64,000 bases of DNA from Brevundimonas sp. (GTDB taxonomy: Bacteria > Pseudomonadota > Alphaproteobacteria > Caulobacterales > Caulobacteraceae): contig JAUYAG010000190.1 in the NCBI GenBank assembly GCA_030693575.1, positions 21,538 to 85,537 of the forward strand. Reading direction: 5' to 3'. Each line of letters begins with the position of its first letter. The stretch's first letter is position 1. Shown piece after piece: positions 58,175-64,000 of this stretch. A program made the translations under genes and the position numbers. The notes under the pieces are model-generated. The model made no database searches, had not been told where the DNA came from, and worked only from the letters and a program-made list of their open reading frames with translations.

Positions 58175-58962
58175 ACGACGTCCTCGCCGGCATCGCCGCC
58201 TACAAGAGCGTCGACGTGGCTGCCCGCAAGGCCGAGACCTCGCAGGACGCGATCGAGTCCCTCGCCGGCGCCGCATCGCCCCCGCGCGGCTTCCGCGCCG
58301 CCCTTGAGCGCCATGTCGAAAACACCGGCCGCCCGGCCCTGATCGCGGAGATCAAGAAGGCCAGCCCGTCCAAGGGCCTGATCCGCGCCGACTTCGACCC
58401 GCCGGCGCTGGCCCGGGCCTATGAGCGCGGCGGTGCCCAGTGCCTGTCGGTGCTAACCGACGGCCCCAGCTTCCAGGGCGACGACGCCTTCCTCGGCCAG
58501 GCCCGCGACGCGACCGCCCTGCCCTGCCTGCGCAAGGATTTCCTCGTCGATCCCTGGCAGGTGGCCGAGAGCCGGGCGCTGGGTGCCGACGGCATCCTGA
58601 TCATCCTCGCCATGATCGACGACGCCCTCGCCGCCGAGCTGCTGGCCGAGGCGGAGCGGTTCGGCATGGACGCCCTGATCGAGACCCACGACGAGGCCGA
58701 GATGGCACGGGCCTGCAAGCTGGGCGGCGATCTGGTCGGCATCAACAACCGCTCCCTGCGCACCTTCGAGGTCGATCTGGCCGTCACCGAACGCCTCGCC
58801 ATCCTCAGCCCCGTCCGCGCCCTGCTGGTGGCCGAGAGCGGCATCTTCACGCCCGACGACGTGCAGCGGGTGTCAGACGCCCATGCGCAGGCGGTCCTGG
58901 TCGGCGAGAGCCTGATGCGGCAGGCGGATGTCGAGGCAGCGACACGCGACCTGCTGCGGTAA
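58171..58962 (+). CDS. trpC: Indole-3-glycerol phosphate synthase
   Basis: GTG start overlapping the trpD stop. [18 protein letters not shown] and INNRSL motifs. Confidence 0.9.
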   Translation: MNDVLAGIAAYKSVDVAARKAETSQDAIESLAGAASPPRGFRAALERHVENTGRPALIAEIKKASPSKGLIRADFDPPALARAYERGGAQCLSVLTDGPSFQGDDAFLGQARDATALPCLRKDFLVDPWQVAESRALGADGILIILAMIDDALAAELLAEAERFGMDALIETHDEAEMARACKLGGDLVGINNRSLRTFEVDLAVTERLAILSPVRALLVAESGIFTPDDVQRVSDAHAQAVLVGESLMRQADVEAATRDLLR

Positions 58963-58976
58963 CCGGACCTTAACCG

Positions 58977-58991
58977 GAACAGCACAGGAAC
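58977..58991 (+). promoter_or_regulatory. Alphaproteobacterial SOS box (GAAC-N7-GAAC)
   Basis: GAACAGCACAGGAAC read directly, 67 nt upstream of the lexA ATG. Confidence 0.65.
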
Positions 58992-59013
58992 ACGGTGTGG
59001 ACGTTTGCGGTTT

Positions 59014-59028
59014 GTTCCGCTAGCGTTC
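59014..59028 (+). promoter_or_regulatory. Alphaproteobacterial SOS box (GTTC-N7-GTTC)
   Basis: GTTCCGCTAGCGTTC read directly, 30 nt upstream of the lexA ATG. Confidence 0.7.
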
Positions 59029-59057
59029 TTCCAACGGGATTCGCCTCCGAGGTCGCC

Positions 59058-59750
59058 ATGCTCACGCGCAAACAGCACGAACTGCTGATGTTCATCCACG
59101 AACGGATCAAGGAGACCGGCGTGTCTCCCTCGTTCGACGAGATGAAGGAGGCGCTGGATCTGGCGTCCAAATCGGGCATCCACCGGCTGATCACGGCGCT
59201 GGAGGAGCGCGGCTTCATCCGGCGTCTGGCGCACCGCGCCCGGGCACTGGAAGTCACCAAGATGCCGGACCAGGCCACGGCGGGCGCGCCGCGCGGCCGG
59301 GCGGGCTTCGCGCCTTCGGTGATCGAGGGCGGCGGTCGCCCCATGGCCGCCGAACCGGCCAATGACACCCGCGAACTGTCCCTGATGGGCAAGATCGCCG
59401 CCGGCACCCCCATCGCCGCCATCGAGCACGAAACGGCCCGCTACCCGGTGCCCGAGGCCATGCTCGGCGCGGGCGAGCACTATCTGCTCGAGATCGAGGG
59501 CGACTCCATGATCGAGGCCGGCATCCTCAACGGCGATCTGGTGATCATCAAATCGACCGACACCGCCACCTCGGGCGAGATCGTCGTGGCCCTGGTCGAG
59601 GGCGAGGAAGCCACGCTCAAGCGGCTGCGCAAAAAGGGCGCCTCGATCGCGCTCGAGCCGGCCAACCGCAACTACGAGACCCGCATCTTCGGCCCCGACC
59701 AGGTCGAGGTGCAGGGCAAGCTGGTTGGCCTCATCCGCCGCTATCACTGA
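59058..59750 (+). CDS. lexA: LexA repressor
   Basis: [29 protein letters not shown] (winged HTH). An Ala-Gly-type cleavage region. The S24 peptidase part carries GDSM and KRLRKKG. Confidence 0.9.
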   Translation: MLTRKQHELLMFIHERIKETGVSPSFDEMKEALDLASKSGIHRLITALEERGFIRRLAHRARALEVTKMPDQATAGAPRGRAGFAPSVIEGGGRPMAAEPANDTRELSLMGKIAAGTPIAAIEHETARYPVPEAMLGAGEHYLLEIEGDSMIEAGILNGDLVIIKSTDTATSGEIVVALVEGEEATLKRLRKKGASIALEPANRNYETRIFGPDQVEVQGKLVGLIRRYH

Positions 59751-61899
59751 CCTCGGGGTCTCCGAACTGGCTCCACGGCCGGTCGCCGCGTACCTCCGCC
59801 GCCCAGACGGCGCGCCAGCGGTTGGCTGACACCGGTCCGTCCCGCCACAGCTCGACCGCCCCGCCGCGGGCGTAGTCTTCGCCATCCAGGACCAGCCGCC
59901 CGTCGCAGGCGGCCGGCAAGGCCGCGAGGGGTGCCCGGACACTGACCAGGGGCGCAGACCGACACAGGGCGTCGACCTCTTCCAGCGACGGTGCCCGTCG
60001 GCCCCACCACATCGCCAACGGACCGGTGCCGGGCATTTCCGGGGCGCAGGAGAACCGCGTGCAGGCCCAGCCCTCTGCCGGCCGTTCCGTCGGCTCCACG
60101 CCCCGCCGCCGGGTCCAGACATCGACCGCGAACTGCCGCACGCCCGTCCGCACCACCACGGCCTGACCATCGTCGACAAAGGCCGCATTGGTCCCGCCGT
60201 CGCCGATCCACAGGTCCGGCGTCGGATCCCTCGGCCACAACATCACTGCCGCCGCAAACGGCAGACCCAGCCAGCGCAGCGGCCCTCGCCACAGGCAGCA
60301 GAACAACACGCCGAGAAAGGCGATCGGCAGGACGAAGTCCGGCGCGCTGGCCACCGTCCGGACCGCTCCGGGCAGGCCCGCCGTCCACTCGCCGATCGCC
60401 AGCATCACCCCGATCCCCTGCCCCGCCAGCCACAGGAAGGGCGCGCCCAGTCCGACCGGTTCCAGCAGGGCCCCGAGCGCCAGCGCCGGCATGATCACGA
60501 AGTCCGACAGCGGCGCGGTCGCCAGATTGGCCCCCAGTCCGTACATGGCCGTCCGGTTGAAATGCTGCAGGGCGAACGGTCCCGTCGCCGCCCCCGCCAC
60601 CAGACTGGCCATGACGGCGACGCCCAGCCAGGCACCGACCCGCTGAACCAGCAGGATGGGCCACGGCGCTGAAATCTCGCGCGGCCGCACCGGCCAGGCC
60701 TCGACCAGGGCCACCAGCGCCGCTGTCGCTGCGAACGACATCTGGAACCCGGGCGTGACAATGGCTTCGGGCTGGAGCAGCAGAACCACAAAGGCCGCGA
60801 CCGCCAGCGCATGCATGGTGATGGCCTGTCGATCCAGCAGGATGGCCAGAAAAGCGATCGAGGCCGTGATCGCCGCCCGCTCGGCCGGCGGGGGCGAGCC
60901 GGAAATGACCAGATAGGTCCCGACCGCCACCAACCCCGCCCAGGCCGCAACCTTCTTGCCGGACACGCGCAACGCCAGCCACGGCCAGGCCGCGATCAGC
61001 AGGCGTACGAGAAAGAAGCTGAAGCCTCCCACCACCGCCATATGCAGGCCCGAGATCGACAGGATGTGGGCCAGGCCGGAATCCCGCATGACGTCGACCT
61101 GCGCCGGGTCCAGCCAGGCCTCGTGTCCCGTCGTCATGGCGGCCGCGACGCCGCCGGTCCGCTCGCCGAGCCGCCCCACGATCCGCTTGGCCAGATCAAA
61201 CCGCAGGCCGTTGACCGCCATCGCCGCCCGGACCTTCCACGGCGGCGGCGACAGCCAGGCCGGCCGCGTCTCGCCCAACGAAAAGGCCACCCCGCCCAGG
61301 CTCTGGAACCAGGCATTGCGCCCGAAATCATAGGCACCGGGACTGGCCGGCGCCGGCGGCGGATTGATCAGGGCGAACAGCCGCACGGCCTCTCCCGGCT
61401 CGGGCGCCGCGCCGCGCACCGTGGCCCTCAGGCGCGTCGGCGTCTGTTCCGGGCCCAGGCCTTCGACACGGACCGGCGCGATCACCACGCGCGGGCCCGT
61501 CGCGCCCGGACTGTCGACATCCACGACCCAGCCTTCCACCACCGTCGGCCGGGCCATGGCCGGCGCGATCGGCGCCGCGACCGCGTCGGTCCGCAGCTTG
61601 GCCACGGCGGCCCCGAGCGTGAAACAGGCCAGCAGCATCAGACCCAGCGTCCAGACCCGCGCCAGAACCATCCGACGCGCGCCCAACCACAGGCCAGCTG
61701 CCAGCACGGCGCCCGCGATCAGCGGCCAGGCCGGCGGTTCGGTCTTCAGTGCGAAATAGACCGCACAACCGCAGCCAAACGCCACCGGTGCCCACAGCCG
61801 CCAGCGCAGGGTCTGGGCGGCGATCTGGGCACCGAGGAATTCCCGCGTCCGCGCGCCGAGGCTGGGATTCACCGGCGCCGGCGTTATAACGCCCGCCAT
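59731..61899 (-). CDS. comEC: ComEC/Rec2 family competence membrane protein
   Basis: Polytopic membrane protein with the ComEC core ([22 protein letters not shown]). The start is uncertain: the ATG at 61899 shares a CATG with the divergent gltX start. The 3' end overlaps the lexA 3' end by 20 nt. Confidence 0.8.
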   Translation of the reverse strand: MAGVITPAPVNPSLGARTREFLGAQIAAQTLRWRLWAPVAFGCGCAVYFALKTEPPAWPLIAGAVLAAGLWLGARRMVLARVWTLGLMLLACFTLGAAVAKLRTDAVAAPIAPAMARPTVVEGWVVDVDSPGATGPRVVIAPVRVEGLGPEQTPTRLRATVRGAAPEPGEAVRLFALINPPPAPASPGAYDFGRNAWFQSLGGVAFSLGETRPAWLSPPPWKVRAAMAVNGLRFDLAKRIVGRLGERTGGVAAAMTTGHEAWLDPAQVDVMRDSGLAHILSISGLHMAVVGGFSFFLVRLLIAAWPWLALRVSGKKVAAWAGLVAVGTYLVISGSPPPAERAAITASIAFLAILLDRQAITMHALAVAAFVVLLLQPEAIVTPGFQMSFAATAALVALVEAWPVRPREISAPWPILLVQRVGAWLGVAVMASLVAGAATGPFALQHFNRTAMYGLGANLATAPLSDFVIMPALALGALLEPVGLGAPFLWLAGQGIGVMLAIGEWTAGLPGAVRTVASAPDFVLPIAFLGVLFCCLWRGPLRWLGLPFAAAVMLWPRDPTPDLWIGDGGTNAAFVDDGQAVVVRTGVRQFAVDVWTRRRGVEPTERPAEGWACTRFSCAPEMPGTGPLAMWWGRRAPSLEEVDALCRSAPLVSVRAPLAALPAACDGRLVLDGEDYARGGAVELWRDGPVSANRWRAVWAAEVRGDRPWSQFGDPEVSDSGG

Positions 61900-63316
61900 G
61901 ACCTCCCCCTCTGACTCCGCTGTCGTCACTCGCTTCGCCCCCTCACCGACGGGTTCCCTGCACATAGGAGGCGCCCGGACGGCGCTTTTCAACTATTTGT
62001 ATGCCAAGCGACACAACGGGAAGTTTCTTGTCCGGGTTGAGGACACCGATCGCGAACGGTCTACGGACGCCGCCGTAAAGGCCATTTTCGACGGCCTGAG
62101 CTGGCTGGAGCTGTTCGCCGACGAGGAGCCGGTGTTCCAGTACAGCCGCGCCGACCGCCATCGCGAGGTCGTCAATGAGCTGCTGGAGCGCGGCGGCGCC
62201 TATCGTGACTTCACCTCGGCCGAGGAGACCGGCCGCCTGCGCGACCTCGCCAAGGCCGAACGCCGCACCTTCGAGTCGCCCTGGCGCGACCGCGAACCCA
62301 CCGTCGACGACCTTTCCCAGCCCCACGTCGTCCGCTTCCGTCGTCCCCTGCCCGGCAAGGTGACCGTCGAGGACGAGGTCCAGGGCACGGTCAGCTGGTC
62401 CACCGAGGATCTCGACGATCTGGTCCTGCTGCGCTCGGACGGCGCGCCGACCTACAATCTCGCCGTGGTGGTCGACGATCACGACATGGGCGTCACCCAT
62501 GTGATCCGCGGCGACGACCACCTGAACAACGCCGCCCGCCAGAGCCTGATCTATGACGCCCTCGGCTGGACCCGCCCGAGCTTCGCCCACATCCCCCTGA
62601 TTCACGGCCCCGACGGCGCCAAACTGTCCAAGCGGCACGGGGCGCAGGCGGTCCATGAGTATGCCGAGATGGGCTATCTGCCCGAAGCCATGCGCAACTA
62701 CCTGGCCCGGCTGGGCTGGGCCCATGGCGACGACGAACTGTTCAACGACGCCCAGGCGCAGGCGTGGTTCGACCTGACCGGCGTGGGCAAGGCGCCCGCC
62801 CGGCTGGATTTCGACAAGCTGGCCCACGTCAACGCCCACTGGATCCGCCTGGCCGATGACGACCGGCTGGCCAAGATGACGCTGGACGTCCATCTCGCCC
62901 GCGGCCATGCGCTCGGCCCGGACGATGAGGCCCGCCTGCTGCGCGCCATGCCCTTCATCAAGGATCGCGCGAAGACCGTGCTGGAACTGGCCGACCAGAC
63001 CGGCTTCGCCCTCAAGGTCCGGCCCCTGTCGATCTACGAGAAGGCCCTGCCGATGCTGACCGGCGAATCAGGCGAGCGCATCGGCCGTCTGCGCGACCGC
63101 CTCAAACTGTTCGCCAGCTGGGACGTCTTCGCCCTCGAGGCCGAGCTCAAGGTTTTCGCCGAGGAAGAGGCCGTCGGCTTCGGCAAGATCGGCCCCGCCG
63201 TACGCGCGGCCCTCACTGGAGACGGCGTTTCGCCCGACATCGCAAAGACACTGGCCGCCCTTGGACGCGAAGAAAGCCTCGGGCGCTTGGATGATGCGCT
63301 GCAACAGACTATCTGA
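61898..63316 (+). CDS. gltX: Glutamate--tRNA ligase
   Basis: VVTRFAPSPTGSLHIGGART (HIGH) and KLSKRHG (KMSKS) motifs. Confidence 0.9.
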   Translation: MTSPSDSAVVTRFAPSPTGSLHIGGARTALFNYLYAKRHNGKFLVRVEDTDRERSTDAAVKAIFDGLSWLELFADEEPVFQYSRADRHREVVNELLERGGAYRDFTSAEETGRLRDLAKAERRTFESPWRDREPTVDDLSQPHVVRFRRPLPGKVTVEDEVQGTVSWSTEDLDDLVLLRSDGAPTYNLAVVVDDHDMGVTHVIRGDDHLNNAARQSLIYDALGWTRPSFAHIPLIHGPDGAKLSKRHGAQAVHEYAEMGYLPEAMRNYLARLGWAHGDDELFNDAQAQAWFDLTGVGKAPARLDFDKLAHVNAHWIRLADDDRLAKMTLDVHLARGHALGPDDEARLLRAMPFIKDRAKTVLELADQTGFALKVRPLSIYEKALPMLTGESGERIGRLRDRLKLFASWDVFALEAELKVFAEEEAVGFGKIGPAVRAALTGDGVSPDIAKTLAALGREESLGRLDDALQQTI

Positions 63317-63381
63317 CTTATCAGACATCATGCAGCTGACGCCTCCCCGCGCCGGGCTGCCGACTGAAGCAAGGGGCTGAT

Positions 63382-64000
63382 ATGACCGAACAAGCCAAAC
63401 CCGCCGGCACGGCGACGCTCACCTACGGTGACAAGACCGTGGAGCTGCCCGTGCTCTCGGGCTCGACCGGCCCCGATGTGATCGACATCCGCAAGCTGTA
63501 CGGGGCGACGGACGCCTTCACCTACGACCCCGGCTTCACCTCGACGGCGGCCTGCGAAAGTGGGCTGACCTTCATCGACGGCGACGTCGGCACCCTGCTG
63601 CACCGCGGCTATCCCATCGACCAGCTGGCCTCGCAGTCCAACTTCATCGAGGTCTGCCACCTGCTGCTGCACGGTGAACTGCCCACGGCCGCGGAATACG
63701 AGGCCTTCGAGCGCAACATCACCACCCACACCATGCTGCACGCGCAGTTCGACCGCTTCTTCGAGGGCTTCCGCCGCGACGCCCACCCGATGGCCATCAT
63801 GGTGGGCACGGTCGGGGCCCTGTCGGCCTTCTATCACGACAGCCTGGACATCCACGATCCGGTCCAGCGCAACATCTCGGCCATCCGCCTGATCGCCAAG
63901 ATGCCGACGATCGCGGCGCGCGCCTTCAAATATCACGTTGGCCAGCCGTTCGTGTCGCCGCGCAACGACCTGAGCTACGCCGAGAACTTCCTGCGCATGT
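63382..64000 (+). CDS. gltA: Citrate synthase, 5' part (runs off the window)
   Basis: My own translation from the ATG at 63382 (AAGGGG RBS) gives [40 protein letters not shown]...[23 protein letters not shown]...HTMLH. This is the typical type II citrate synthase N-terminus. It is absent from the ORF track because there is no stop in the window. Confidence 0.9.
   Translation, partial: MTEQAKPAGTATLTYGDKTVELPVLSGSTGPDVIDIRKLYGATDAFTYDPGFTSTAACESGLTFIDGDVGTLLHRGYPIDQLASQSNFIEVCHLLLHGELPTAAEYEAFERNITTHTMLHAQFDRFFEGFRRDAHPMAIMVGTVGALSAFYHDSLDIHDPVQRNISAIRLIAKMPTIAARAFKYHVGQPFVSPRNDLSYAENFLRM

Overview
GC-rich chromosomal segment (roughly two-thirds G+C by eye, not computed). Gene content and synteny fit a free-living alphaproteobacterium. 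My guess is Caulobacterales/Brevundimonas-like, by inference only: two alpha-type GAAC-N7-GAAC / GTTC-N7-GTTC SOS boxes precede lexA, the lexA-comEC-gltX-gltA order is present, and there is one good match to the Caulobacter TTGACG-N11-GCTANAWC promoter consensus. Coding density is high and genes sit on both strands. I saw no rRNA, tRNA, CRISPR array, transposase or integrase. Ordinary blocks: a usp / beta-CASP MBL / LOG operon behind a perfect FNR/FixK box, a FixK-like regulator, gltD-gltB, amtB plus a TIGR02001-type porin, LVIVD + DUF305 periplasmic proteins, an ALS-like TPP enzyme + aldehyde dehydrogenase, ccmFGHI, gdhA, pyrG, secG, tpiA, a ppiD-like gene, trpE, trpGDC, lexA, comEC, gltX and the 5' end of gltA. 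The unusual part lies between ccmF and pyrG (about 26.0-49.0 kb) and has three pieces. (i) A tight three-gene plus-strand module encodes a cytoplasmic FAD/NAD(P) oxidoreductase fused to two cyclic-nucleotide-binding domains and a four-cluster ferredoxin, a His-rich 5-TM protein, and an FHA-domain-anchored decahaem cytochrome c. (ii) A cyclic-nucleotide signalling block encodes a TPR/beta-barrel OMP, a FecR-domain protein, a CHASE2 class III cyclase and a CpdA-like phosphodiesterase. (iii) A minus-strand, translationally coupled four-gene operon encodes a c554-like multihaem cytochrome, a double GlcG/DUF336 lipoprotein with a poly-Gly tether, a 610-aa outer-membrane barrel, and a 1308-aa decahaem cytochrome fused to an LVIVD beta-propeller. 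It is preceded by an orphan gspJ-gspK minor-pseudopilin pair. I read this as a candidate, apparently undescribed, cyclic-nucleotide-gated trans-envelope electron-transfer system. That reading is inference from domain motifs seen in the translations. No database search or structure prediction could be run. Smaller observations include a telomere-like heptamer inverted repeat with G-quadruplex potential between tpiA and secG, a MITE/REP-like element with perfect 25-bp inverted hairpin ends, several operator-like palindromes, and direct repeats upstream of amtB.
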